Source: Octopus vulgaris
Lineage: Eukaryota
NCBI GenBank assembly: GCA_951406725.2
Contig: OX597820.1
Coordinates: forward strand, 55,366,001-55,430,000
Reading direction: 5' to 3'
Length of the DNA: 64,000 nt
Shown in pieces: positions 42,979 to 56,209 of the stretch. Numbering within the stretch: position 1 is the first letter of the stretch; each line of letters opens with the position of its first letter. The notes under the pieces were generated by a model. It was not told the DNA's origin. It did no database searches and saw only the letters and a list, made by a program, of their open reading frames with translations. The translations under genes were made by a program, and so were the position numbers.

Positions 42979-45900
42979 CTAGCAGCATAGCCCGGCGTTG
43001 CCCGGGTATGTAAGAGCCCCTAGTAGGCAACGACTAATCCCAATGTAGTCCTTTCTCTCCAGGGAACGAAGGTGCATGTGGACGTTGCAATGTCTTGTCT
43101 TCACTGGAATACTTCTGTATATACGATGTTCCTAGCTGTCCGTTTGGGCGAAAACATGAAAACATCATTGCGCCTCCCAACGCGTGAACAGCCCACGTAG
43201 AGTTGACCGTGGGCGAAGCACTGTTCGCCCAAATGTAACCCAGCGACTTGTAGCGTTTGGCCTTGGGATTTATTGATGGACATTGCGAAGCAGAGTTTAA
43301 CAGGAAACTGAGAACGCCTGAAGTGGATTGGTAGGTCAGCGTCCGACGGTTGAAGGTGCATCCGTGGAATGAAGACGTCCTCTCCCTTCCCACAACCGGT
43401 AAGTATTGTGGCCGTTATTAAATGTGGTGCCAAATGTTTCACAACCAAACGTGTGCCGTTGCACTGTTTAGGTGGAACCAAATTCCTGATGAGCATAATG
43501 GGCGCACCGACTTTTAACTTCAGGATGTGTGGTGGCAGGCCTGGCGGTTCAAGTGAATTCAGGAATTCAACAGGATAATCGGCAAGCTGGGCGGGGTCTG
43601 CTGTCCTATCTATAGATTTGTAGATGTGGACATCACCAGGAATAGCTTCAAGTAGCTGGATATTGATGGAGTTGACGGTTGTATTTTTGGGTGCGAGAAT
43701 AGCTCTGCCTGCCAGCCATTTTAGGTCGCGTAAATTGTTTTGTAGGTCGTGGAAGACAGCGTCCCGGAGGCTAGCAGGGGTGTCGACAATGGTGCAAAGT
43801 GAGTCCAATTGAACGTAGCCATCCGCATCAGACAGCATCCTATTTTCACCGAGCGATAAGAGGTCCCTGGAGAATGCAGCAGATCCGCTGTCACCAATTA
43901 ACTGCGCGCGCATGTTAGTTTGGAGGTGCAAGGGCCGCACATGTGCCCAAAGAGCTGACGACTTAAGGCACGCGCGCACGGCATCGGCACGGGTTCCTTT
44001 TGGAATAACAGGTAGAGTCTGCCTGAAGTCTCCTGAAAGAAGTAAAGTTAATCCTCCCATGGGGGCCGTAGAGTCTCTGATGTCTTGCAGGGACCTGTCC
44101 AGTGCCTCAAGGGCGCCTTTGTGTGCCATAGTGCACTCGTCCCATACGATGAGTTTGCATCTGCGCAGAATGTCGGCCTGTTCTGAGTTCTTGGCGATGT
44201 TGCAGATAGGTGACTCGGACTTTGCCAGATCGAGCGGGAGTCTGAAGGCAGAGTGGGCGGTTCTGCCACCCGGAAGCAACGTGGCCGCGATACCAGAGAA
44301 AGCTACAGCCAGGGCAATGTCCGTGTTGCGTCTGACCTCTGCCAGAATTAGTTTAGTGACGAAGGTTTTGCCAGTGCCGCCGGGTGCATCAAGGAAGAAA
44401 ATCCCCCCACGTTGCTGTCTGACAGAGTCTACGATGGTGTTGTAGGCTATGCGCTGGTCTGGAAGCAGCCGTGGTTCATTATCTTGGACGTACTGGTGCA
44501 GTTCCTCAATGCAGTAGGAAGTTTCGCGTAACAATTCAGCAGACATAACATTGGCGTGTTCACGTGTGGGTGGTGGAAGGCCGTACTCTGTTAAAGCAGA
44601 CCCACCCATATTGATGACAGCGTCTTCGAGTTGAATGAGCGCAAAATTGTAAATGAAGTTGGTGAACGTGATCTCGGCGGAAGGGCAGTGTTGCTGAGCC
44701 GTACGTAAGAAGTCGTGCGACATGTCATCCCTGTATTTCATCCAGAGACTTAGTGGATCACTAAGCTGACATTTTTGAAGAAGGATTGCGAAAAGATGTC
44801 GTAGGGCCGAATGCGTTTGCAGTAAAGCACCCTCTGCCATCGTGGCGTCCCACTGGGAGTCATCCTCTAGAAGGCCAAGTCTCATACATGCTTCCCTGAA
44901 GGTGTCTCACAGAACCCCATTGACGGTACGTATATTGGCGAAACCTGTTGGACCAGTGACCTCATGTAGAAGGAGACGGAGGTAGAAGCATTCTTGCTTG
45001 TTTGGCGGGATGTTGTAAACTCGACCCAGGCAGGAGTCAAACTTGACGCCTGGGAAGCTTTCGACGTTTTTGCCGGATTTCCGTCGAACCCAGGTGTTTT
45101 TAGACCACACGAAGTACGATGGGACCTGTGGGTACAAAAGCGTTCGAGCGAAGTCATCACGTTGGCATAATTTGAAGAAACCAGTCAACGTTGTGTCTTT
45201 AGGGCTGGTGGCTATCTGCACAGCACTTTGCTCTGTGAAGTAAATCCGCTGTCCATTTTCCAAGTGTACAGCAAGCTGCACTACAGCCGGGTGTCTCTGA
45301 TGGAGCGGGAAGCCGTAAATGCGCCAAAACGCTTCGTTGCTGCTGAGGTACCGGCCAGCCAAGTAGTTGGACACTTCGTCGCGACTGGTGGTCCTCTGGA
45401 TGCTGAACATGGCAGCATCGCTGCCTTTGTTGATATATTTGCAGACATATTGTATTGACCTGATGGAGCTGCAGAACTCAACGTTGACGTGGGCTTTGAA
45501 TATCTTCGACAGGAGAGGACAGTAGAGGACAATGTAGCTGTTGTCCACTTGATGTCGCCCAACCGTAATCGTGCGGCCTCCATTGGCTGGACTCCTTCGT
45601 TTGTACAGCGGATACCCATCGCCGCCTGTTTGAGTCTCCAAAGTGAACCGTTTAGGGAATCCCTTTGAGCAGGCTAATCCGTTTTTGTAGCATGGTGTGT
45701 TGGCGTAATTTGGTCCACAGGGCCCGTGTACCATGGTAGTGCGGACAATTTCGTAGAGTCCGGGGTCCTCATCGGGGTCAGGAATCTCGGTGGAAATGAA
45801 TTTGTCAATGTCATTAGTCTCGATTTTATGAGTGAGCCAAATTAAGATGTGAGCATGTGGCAAGCCCCTCTTTTGCCACTCGACCGAAAACATGTGGCAC

Positions 45901-48900
45901 CTGACATGCCCTAAAATCTGACCCTTAACTATCAAATCCTTCATTTTGCCCAAATTCAGACGGAAAACCCTAGCAACGATGTCGTGTCGATGGGTGTGAG
46001 ATTGACCCGGGAGGAGTTCGCGAGTGATTTCGTCGCAGCTGGGATTGCACGTGTAGGTGATAAAGAGGTCCGGCCGGCCGTAAATGCGCACGTAGGTCAA
46101 GGCGTCTTGGGTCCTTTCACGCATATATCGCGGTCCTCCCGTGAAGGTGGAGGGTAGAATGCATGGCTTGCCGATGTTGCGAGGGTCATTTTCTTGTTGC
46201 AAACCGTCACGGAGATGAATGTAGGAGTCGGAGCGAAGTTTGGTCTGATTAAGTTTAATGTATAGCAGCCTTTCCGATTCCATTTTTGCGGCCATGTCGA
46301 CGGCGAACTGGTTGAATAGCTGACGACAACGGGGTAATAAGTTGAACTCACCCTCCCTGACCATGAACCGGTATGAGTAGAACGCCCTGCAGGAAACCGT
46401 CTTTGATGCCGCAGTAGTTTGATTGGAGGGCTGCCGTAAAGGAATTCCGAAATGGTAGCCGTCTTCCCCATAAGGGAAAAGCAATGGATACTGAAGCGCG
46501 TCATAAGATCTGTGAGTCTCGCTGATCCTGTGTAGGTTGTTACCACGGGAGGAGATGATTATGTCACGGCTGTTGTGTTGCTCTCCGTGTATGACTGCGG
46601 CAATTTCGTTGCACGCAGGTGCGTTGAAACGGCGTTCGTGCTCCCCGTGGGGTCGTTTATCAGCATCAATGACAACGGTGAAGTTTGGAGATGGAGCACT
46701 GTCCAAGGCATATCTGAAGCTGCAGACATAGCTGTTGATATCATGAAGCATGGTTTGGAGATGGAGAAGAATGTCTTTGCGGGGAACATAGCTTGTACCC
46801 GGTATTATTCCAAGGCGTGCATCAACCTGGTGGTTGTAGTCGGCAATGAAGTATATTTGGAGGAAAGAAGACTGCTGAATCTCGTCTGGCAGAAGTGACC
46901 CAATAAGATGGTAGACCTGTCCCTGCACTTTGAAAGTAGGCATCCAGCCTTCTCTGGGAGGAATTTTGGCCCCGAAAGAGGTCATTTGGAATGAGCAGTT
47001 GTACTTTCGAATTATTTCAAGGAATTGTGACGAATCGGGGGGTTAAACCCGCCGCGAGATCCTTCAGTGGTTGAGGTGGTTCCCGTAGGGGTGGCAGGTC
47101 CACTTTGCCACCAGAGCAGCACAAACCAGGTGGCTCTCCGGGCCATTTCTTGGCTTTGCAAAACTGGCATACAATTGTCATTGACCCTATCTTGATGTCG
47201 TCACGCAAGGAGAAGTTAATTGTGGCGTCGTAGTTGAATGCTAGTGACAACCAGAAAGCAGGGGCAGGGGTACGTACACCACGAATGATATCCCGACGTT
47301 TGTTGATACTCTCAAGTCGAGTGCACCGTGCCTCAGCAGATTCAGATGCACGTGCGACAGCGGCAGCAGTGGCATCCCTTGAAAGCCTTTCAGCTCTCGC
47401 CTCAGCACCCTCTGAAGCCCTAGCAGAAGCAGTGTTAATGGCATGTCTGGATGTCCGAATAGTCCGTTGGTGTGGAGTTTCGGCAGATCGAGCCCTGGCT
47501 GTGTTTGCGGCGTTAGCAGCTTGGCGAGCTCTCCTCTGTTGAGGTGTTTCGGCAGCTTTGGCCATGGCATTGTTTGCGGCGTCAGCATCTTGGCGAGTTC
47601 TCCTCTGCTGTGAGGTTTCGACAGATCGTGTCCTGGCGGTGCTAGTGGCGTTAGCCACATTCCGAATGGCCCTTTGTTCGGGGTTCTCGCGAGCTCTGCG
47701 GATGGAAGCACAGTAAGAAGCCCGCATATTTTGGCTGGACTGTTGCTCTTTCGTCAACCTCGAGCGGAGGGAAGATCTGTACGCTGCGACCCTTGCAAGT
47801 CGGGTAGAACGGTCGCTAATAGTTTCAGATGCCTGAGCAGCGGCATAACGGGAAGCTGTTTGCGAGAGGCGCAAGGCGGTTTCCTCGTGGGTCTCGCGTG
47901 CCCTTCTAGCTCTAGCAGCCGATGCCTTGGCCGTCCGAGGGCTGAGGAGGGTCCTTCTCTTCTTGGGTGGCATTTTGGTGGATAGCAATGTGTTTGGCAA
48001 AGGTGTAATAAAAAGGAACACGTGGGGTAAGTATTTTGGTGGATAGCAATGTGTTTGGTAAAGGTGTAATAAAAAGGAACACGTGGGGTAAGTATCCGAA
48101 AATGTATAAAAATGTACAAAAATGGCCAAAAAGCTGGCAGCAATGTGAGTGACAACAACGAAAAAGTCAAAAGTGATCAAACTGAACAAACGAAAGGAAA
48201 AGTTTTTTGATGCACACGACAAAAGTGGTTTATAATAAACCAAGAGTTTGCAAGTAGCGTCCAAGGACCGTTAGGGTACGTAAAAAATTGAAGGTAAAAC
48301 GTTTGGGGTGGTAGTTATAAAGAAAGTTTAAACAAAAAAAGTATTCGAATAACTTGCGGCTGCAGCAGCTATTAGCAGAAGTGGCGGTGTTGGGGGTAAA
48401 GTCTCGAACGTAATTTCTTCCTGGTAGGAATTGGTTGGATCGAATTATCGATAGCTAAAAAGGTCAAGTTGCGTCCCCTAGACAGTCTGGTTTGTGTTTA
48501 ATACACAAATTTGTTTGCTATGTGTGCCACATATGATTAAATTAACCGATTTTTTCCAATAATGTATCCTATTGGAATAAAAAGGGCTATATAGCTCCTT
48601 GGAGCAGACATGATGCTCGTTGTGAAAAAAAAAAGATTCCTGCCAATTTGTGAAAGATATTGTCGAAAATATGTCATGTTGAATTTGAACGCGATTTCCC
48701 AAAATGGCATGATTTTATCGATTGTTTCTGATGGTAAGGTATTGCATGGAAAACTAACGTCAGAATTGAGTTTCTTAGGGTAACATTAAGCTTCACCATG
48801 AGTTTGGTGAAAATCGATTGCAAGTTGTGAAAACTACCATAGATAATGCGTTGCATAAAAAAAGCTTAGATTCTCGAGTTGCGTCCCCTAGACAGTCTGT

Positions 48901-49140
48901 GGTTCATGTTTATGATTGTCGACCCCATGTCGAATTTATCAATTTTTTTCAGAACTGGGGGAACTTTTCAAAATTTTCGCTGCGTTAGTTTTGAATTATG
49001 ACATTGGGCTATGTGTGTGTCAAGTTTCATCAGAATCGGTTGAAAGCCGTGGTCAGGGTGAGGGTACGAGAAAACAGACACACAGAAGCACGCACAGACA
49101 AACTGCCGTTTATATATATAGAGAAGAGATAGAGAAGAGA
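42979..49140 (-). mobile_element. Full-length Helitron (6162 bp)
   Basis: Minus strand starts TC(TCTTCTCTA..TATATATAAA) and ends hairpin cccgggcaacgccggg + CTAG; inserted between A and T, splitting a SINE (ttcaaattcagttagaga|tgatttgggc); no TSD. Confidence 0.95.
43101..47973 (-). CDS. Helitron Rep/Hel protein (HUH-Y2 Rep + PIF1 helicase), two lesions
   Basis: MPPKKRR start; CQFC/CC zinc motif; EWQKRGLPHAH; YVCKYINKG; DAPGGTGKT; IVWDE; GDFRQ; SINKSQGQT; +1 in a C6 run at ~47040 and in-frame TGA at 44907-44909. Confidence 0.9.
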
Positions 49141-49559
49141 TGATTTGGGCATTTTATCCTTTCCAGGTTCATAAAATCAGAAACAATGGATCAATCAATC
49201 TTAATTAATTCCAGCTGCCCATTAAAAATTAAGACTTTCTACCTTATGTTAGGAACCATTATTGCTGTCATGTCACTGAAAACTGGGTTTTTGGATGCAC
49301 TTTTACTGCATTTCTAGGAAGGGAATCCATCTACTCCCTCCATGGATTGTAATTGTATATAGGACTTGTCAGGTCCTTGAGTGGCAGATTTAATTCAGTG
49401 CTTGATTTAAAACCTGTAGTATCTCAATCCTATAGACTCTCTCATATAGAAAGCCATATCCAATGAAGCTGAGAAACAAATTTATTATCAAAATAATTTC
49501 TTACAGAAATAAGATTTCAAAGAGACAATGATTTTTTAAAAAATTTGCTTAATAATTAT

Positions 49560-49947
49560 TCTTTTACTCTTTTACTAGTTTCAGTCATTAGACTGTGCCC
49601 ATGCTGGGGCACTGCTTTGAAGAGTTTTAGTAGAAATTGACCTCAGGATTTATTTTTTAAAGCCTAGTACTTATTCTATTGGTCTCTTTTGTTGAACTTC
49701 TAAGTTATGGGGATGTAAACACACCAAGTTATCATCAGTGGTAGGGGACAAACACAAAGACACAGACAGACAGTCAAACTGATACACACACGACAGGTTT
49801 CTTTCAGTTTCTATCTACCAAATCCACTCACAAGACTTTGATCAGCCCAAGGCTGACACTGGCCCAAGATGCCATGCAGTAGAATTGAACTTGGAACCAT
49901 GTGGTTGAAGAAGCAAGCTTCTTACCATATAGCCATGCTTGTGCCTA
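49560..49947 (-). mobile_element. tRNA-derived SINE with CR1-like 3' tail
   Basis: tttcagtcattagactgtgcccatgctggggcac... to ...cttaccatatagccatg; second copy at 53060-53456 and short tail at 53968-54021. Confidence 0.78.
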
Positions 49948-50019
49948 TGTTGACAAAAAAACAAAAGTGTTCTTCTTACCTTCATAGTTTCTGAAGTACC
50001 AGAGTGGATACACAAATAA

Positions 50020-52772
50020 CACTGGGCAACAAAAAAAGATTTATTGTTTGCTACCCAGACAAATGGTGCTGTACTAAACTGAGTAAGCTGATTCTGAATC
50101 TGAACTCAGAATTGCTGGGGCTTGTCAGGATTTTGCGGTATGCACATAATTATATATTAATACTATATTAGAATCAGGAATAGTTAAGTTCATGGTAAAT
50201 AATTATCATAATAGTATATTAGTACTGTATATAGTAAATTTATGTTCAAGGCAAATAGTATTATAATATAATGGTACATAGTATATTTATGTTAAGAGAA
50301 TACTCACTTTATTTTTGATGTACTCAGCTCAGAAATGTTTGAGACACTTATGCGTCATGCTGGTCTCCTGTTGTAGGAACCAGCAGTAGTCACCCATTAT
50401 GTGTTGATTGAACCTGCCTTGATATCTCATTTCCATCTCAGATAGATGCTCGTGGAACCTCTTGCCATGTTCATCACTAAGCGCACCAAAATTCGTTGGA
50501 AAAATTGAGATGAGAATTCAAGAAGTGCATTTTAATGGGACATTTGGCATCCTGTTCTTTCATACGCTGTTAGCATGTTGTCTATTAAAATCAACATAGT
50601 TTTCAACTCTATGATTTCCAAGAAAGTTCATGTACATCCCATGTGAAGGCCACGGGTTGTGGACTCACTTGTCTGCGGTCTTCTCGCGCACAGCACACTT
50701 CCAGAGGTCTCGGTCTCTAGTCATTTCCTCAGTGAGACCTAAAGTTCGAAGGTCTCGGTAAATAATTATCATAATAGTATATTAGTACTGTATATAGTAA
50801 ATTTATGTTCAAGGCAAATAGTATTATAATATAATGGTACATAGTATATTTTGTGTTGATTGAACCTGCCTTGATATCTCATTTCCATCTCAGATAGATG
50901 CTCGTGGAACCTCTTGCCATGTTCATCACTAAGCGCACCAAAATTCGTTGGAAAAATTGAGATGAGAATTCAAGAAGTGCATTTTAAGGGACATTTGGCA
51001 TCCTGTTCTTTCATACGCTGTTAGCATGTTGTCTATTAAAATCAACATAGTTTTCAACTCTATGATTTCCAAGAAAGTTCTGTACAACTAACACGAATGA
51101 ATCCCATGCTGTCAGCTCAACTGGATTCAATTTACCTCTGAATTTGCTATCAGATATAAATTCTTTGATCTCGGGTCCAATGAAAATGCCTGCTTTCAGT
51201 TTTGTGTCACTTTTCTCTGCACCAAATTTTACTTTTAGGTACTGGAAGACACAACCATCATGTGTCATTGCTTTTATGAAGTTTTTCATGAGGCTGAGTT
51301 TGATGTAAAGGGGTGGAAGGAAGATCTTTTGTGGGTCTGCCAGTGGCATAAGCTGCACATTGTACTGACCAACTATGCACTCATTTCTTTTAGGCCAGTC
51401 TTTTAAAGTGTAATGATTGTTGTTGTCATGGCTGTTCCAAACACACAAGAAGCACATATTTTTGGTATATCCCAGTTGTAGTCCTAGGAGGAGGGAAGTC
51501 ACCTTTAAACACCACAAATATTCCACTTATGAACTGAGTAATTAACTCCTTTCAGAATGAGTTCCATCGATTCATAACTTTCTTCCATACCGACAACATG
51601 ACCCACAGGAATGGAAGGTTTTTCATTACCATTATGTGACAACACAGCTTTGAGGCTAACCTTACTCAAGTCTATAAACAATTTCCATTTTCATGCACAT
51701 GTCCTAGTTTTTTTTACATCAGTACAGAAACAAGCATTATTTTCTTGCTTGGAAAAGACAGATAAACCTTTGTGGCAAGAAGGGAAAATGGAAATTTTTG
51801 TACCTTGCTGTAGGAGATTCCATTGTAGTTTAGATCCCAAACTTTCTGCCCTCTGCTTTGACAATGTTAGGTCTCTTACTAAATTGTTATAATCTTCTTC
51901 ATGAAACTAGCCTTGCTCATTTTTCTTAGATAGGAGAGTCAGGGGGTTCATCATGCGACGTGTCAAGATTTTCAAGTGAAGCATGCGAGAGGGGAACTGG
52001 GACAGGGTCCTCAAAGTTATGTGGGACTGGTTTTAGAGCTAACTTACAATCTGCATACACAATTTTTGCTTTGGTCTTTGAGAAACCACTAATATTAATC
52101 ATGCAAAAGTAACAATTAGAGACATGATTGGTTGGCTCACACCATACCATTGATACAGCAAAAGGCATTCCCTTGTTTTCCATTCAGCCTCTGTGTAAGC
52201 CCTGAGTAATACACGGTGCAGCATATATGAGGTGCCTACCTCTTGTCTTGGTTCCCAACTTTACACCTGAAATAATATTTATAGGCAGTTTTTAATTTTG
52301 GTGGCAATGTTCTTCTGCTGGTCACGCAGAGAAAATTTTTCACACACAAAACAAAAGTTGCCATGGTGATTCACACAGCCTCTCCTACTCATGATCTAAC
52401 ACAATGAAAACAGTAGTCATGCTGAGCATGAGATACACATACCACATGTGACGGCATGGCAAACAGCACTGAGAGTTACCAAGAACAAACTGATGTATTT
52501 GGCACTACACACAATACACCAGCGCCATCTATTGCTAAACTAAATAATGAACTTTTTGATCGTTTGTTTTATTGCTGTTATTTCTTTAGCAAGTTTTATA
52601 ATATGGCCTATGTCTAGCCGAAAATATAGTTATAATCTTGCGCATGTGGATATGCATAACTCAAAATCCTGATGTGCTAGAACAATTTTGAGTGCAGATT
52701 CGGACTCAGCATCCTCGATTTAGTCTAAAACATATGTTTTTACCCCAGTAGCAAAATCTTTGTTGTCCAGTG
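50020..52772 (-). mobile_element. Chapaev3-type (CMC superfamily) DNA transposon, decayed
   Basis: CACTGG...CCAGTG termini, ~130-bp imperfect TIRs, 3-bp TAA TSD (50017-19, 52773-75); transposase pieces WCEPTNHVSNCYFC, LLGLQLGYTK, LPPLYIKL, KLKAGIFIGP, FLGNH. Confidence 0.8.
50629..50755 (-). mobile_element. Short RTE fragment inside the Chapaev element
   Basis: Reverse complement of gaccttcgaactttaggtctcactgaggaaatgactagagaccgagacc, the RTE ORF end. Confidence 0.8.
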
Positions 52773-54690
52773 TAATTGATCAGACAAAATGAGGAAAGTA
52801 ATGAAAAGACACCAAATTTCTTGTTTAGATATTTTGGTTGGTGAGATGGTGGATGAATAATGTATTCAAATGTATTTTACCAAAATGGATTTTTACACAT
52901 ACAAAAATACCACTTTCTATACATGTAATTTTAGATATATCGTCTTTTATAAAAAAATGTACATAAGAACATTCAGAAAAAGAAGGAAAATACTATTAGA
53001 ATGTTTATAGTTTATTAAAAAAGAAAAAAAACAGAAGACACATATATTCTTTTTGTTCTTTTATTCTTTTACCTGTTTCAGTCATTTGACTGCAGCCATG
53101 CTGGAGCATCACCTTGAAGAATTTTAGTTGGACCCCAGGACTTATTTCTTAAGCCTAGTATTTATTCTATCGGTCGCTTTTGCCGGACCACTACATTATG
53201 GGGACATAAACATACCATCACCGGTTGTCAAATGGTGATGGGGGGACGGATGGACAAACATAGACACAAAGACACACACACATAAATATATACATGACGG
53301 GCTTCTTTCAGTTTCCGTCTACCAAATCTACTCCCAAGGCTTTGATTGGCCCAAGGCTATAGAAGATTCATAACCAAGGTACCTCACAGTGGGACTGAAC
53401 CTGGTACTATATGGGCGGGAAGCAAGCTTCTTGCCACGCAGCCACATTTGCTCCTATAAATATACATATATATATATATATATGCATGTATACATGTACT
53501 CATGTATGTATGTATGTATGTATGTATGTTTGTATATGTGTGTGTGTGTGTATTATGTATGTATGTACACACACACACACACAATGTATATAAACATCAC
53601 TTCTGAGTTGTTCATTTTGGGATGAAATTATTGAGTAGACCTTAAGTTTTTGACATTAAACCAACAGGAATGTGCAGTATGAGAACATCTAAATGATTAA
53701 AAAATATTGTTCCCCAACATCCATTTATGAAATAAACAACAATATCTTAGGACTTTCAATGTGTGCATATACTGATTATCAAGTAGGCTGCCGAGGAAGA
53801 AGAATGTGTCAAAGATGATAGGGACAAAAGAAAGTTGGGCAGGTAAGTAAATATTTTTAACAAACAACATAATGAAGCCACTTTCTTTTGTCTACAAGTG
53901 TAAAACAAAAACAAGTTAATATTTGAAAATTAAACTGGTCTTCATTTTGTGAGTAGGAAAAAATATATTCTCTTTTACTTGTTTCAGTCATTTGACTGCG
54001 GCCATGCTGGAGCACCGCCTTCAAAAAATAACGTTCCCATGCTGGGAATATATTTCTAATTTGAAAAACTGTCATTCTTTTTATATAAAAAAATAGATTT
54101 CTTCATCTAAAAGTTAGTGAAATTAATACAAAGAAACATCATACATGTAACTCAAAAAAAGCTAATATATATATATTTCTTTATTGTCCACAAGGGGATA
54201 AACATAGAGGGAACAAACAAGGACAGACAAAGGGATTAAGTTGATTACATCGACCCCAGTGCGTAACTGGTACTTTATTTATCGACCCCCAAAAGGATGA
54301 AAGGCAAAGTCAACCTCAGCGGGATTTGAACTCAGAACGTAACGGCAGATGAAATACCGCTAAGCATTTTGCCTGCTGTGCTAACGTTTCTGCCAGCTCA
54401 CCGCCTTAAAAAAAAACAAAGAAAGCTAATATATAGCCCTAAGGATGATAGATTGACTATTGAGCTGAAATGCAATTGTTTATTTTTACTAGAAAGATGA
54501 AAGAGCATATTTTTATATGTCTATTGAAATTCAGATATGCCTTTTATATTATAGAATTTTAACTATTTTGTTAAAAATGGTTCTGTGTTTTCTAGTGCAG
54601 AAGCATCTCTAAAGGGTTAAACATTATGCAGAAACTAATTTCTTGATCATGCAAATGGCCCAGAGATGTAAAATATCTCTGTGACTAAAT

Positions 54691-54909
54691 TTAACACTTT
54701 AGTATTTATATTGCTCCCATATCCTACCTGTTCTATGTTCAAACTAACCAGATTCAGCCTCTCACACCTACTCTAAAATCTCATTCTGAAAAAATAATTC
54801 TCACATCGTCAAAATCTTGAAGTTATGAAATAAAGCATGATTAGCTCAAAACAATGTGTATGAATGAACCTTATATTTGACAGAATAATCTGAATGCTTA
54901 AAGGGTTAA
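54691..54909. mobile_element. TTAA-flanked MITE (piggyBac-like ends)
   Basis: ttaacactttag...aaagggttaa; homologous copies at 59177-59401 and 39620-~39815. Confidence 0.65.
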
Positions 54910-54943
54910 TGTTAAAAACTTAAGGTCTACCCAACTGTTGTTC

Positions 54944-55224
54944 TTAAAGGAAACTGACCAACGACAAACCGATCCGTTTTTTGGTAACATCAAAGTTTAC
55001 GACTTTCACTTCGATCTTATCTCCGATGGCTAAGTTTGTGCGATTCTTTGCACGCAGTAGGCTTTTATTGATTTCACTCACGTGCAGCAGACCATTAGTG
55101 CCCACGCCAATATCAACAAATGCACCGAAATGGGTGACGTTGCTGACACGACCACTCAGCTGTTCTCCCACTTTCAAGTCACTCCAGCCCATCACACTGG
55201 TACGAAACAATGGCTTCTCAGACT
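54944..55224 (-). CDS. SRBD1: S1 RNA-binding domain-containing protein 1, last coding exon (S1 domain)
   Basis: Acceptor ..tttcaatgcag; (E)SEKPLFRTSV..DLKVGEQLSGRVSNVTHFGAFVDIGVGTNGLLH..GDKIEVKVVNFDVTKKRIGLSL*, a Tex/SRBD1-type C-terminal S1 domain. Confidence 0.88.
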
Positions 55225-55247
55225 CTGCATTGAAATAGATAAAAAAA

Positions 55248-55278
<31 letters not shown>

Positions 55279-55632
55279 TAATAATAAGAAGAAGAAGAAG
55301 AACAACAACAACAACGACAACACAAATATAATGTTTTCTTTATTAACTACTAAGGGTTCACAAAGAATGTTGGGGATGGTACTGGACAATACAATGTGGA
55401 ATTACATAAAAGGTGTGGAAAAAGTGAAAAATTAGAAAAATATAAATTTAACAAAGATTAAATCCCCAAAAGAGAAAACCTATCTAGGGCTGCTCATGGA
55501 AATCCCACAAAACCATGGAGGACCTGATCACTCGTGCAACTTCCTTCTCCACATCATCTACAGGCACATGTTTAGAATAGGCCCATTCCCTTGGACCATT
55601 CTTGCCACATTCATCCAGCTTTCAAAAGCCAT

Positions 55633-55658
55633 CATAATAATAACAACAACAACAACAA

Positions 55659-55693
<35 letters not shown>

Positions 55694-55739
55694 GCACAAC
55701 AACAACAGCAACAGCAGCAGCAGCAGCAGCACCACCACC

Positions 55740-55771
<32 letters not shown>

Positions 55772-55825
55772 CAACAACAACAACGGCGGCGGCGGCGGCG
55801 GCAGCAGCAGCAGCAGCAGCAGCAG
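55633..55825. repeat. Compound trinucleotide repeat (AAT/AAC/CAG/CAC/CAA/CGG/CAG)
   Basis: Direct sequence; intronic to SRBD1. Confidence 0.9.
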
Positions 55826-56209
55826 TTACTAAAACCAAAGCACAAGTTACAGATTTCAAGGAGAGTAACTTGGCTGTTGTGTTTATTTATCGGTCCCAGA
55901 AAAAAAGAGAAAAGTTTCAATATTATTTTTGAGATTTTAACTCAGAATTTAGGGAACAATGCAAAGTATTTAGTTTACTGGTCTACCATTTTTGCCACTC
56001 TATTTTTGTGTCAGAATCAAATAATGAAGATTCCTAGCTTAGGCACACTCACTCGTGCTCTTGCTCAATGGAGCAAGGGTCATCCCGGGTTAATTGTTAC
56101 TGAGGCATCATCATGCATAAAGCTGATCACGTTCACCAGTGACCTCTGTCACTGGCAGTTCTGTGCTAGCCTTTCTGCATCCTCCAAAATGGAGTTGAAT
56201 CTCTGGAAA

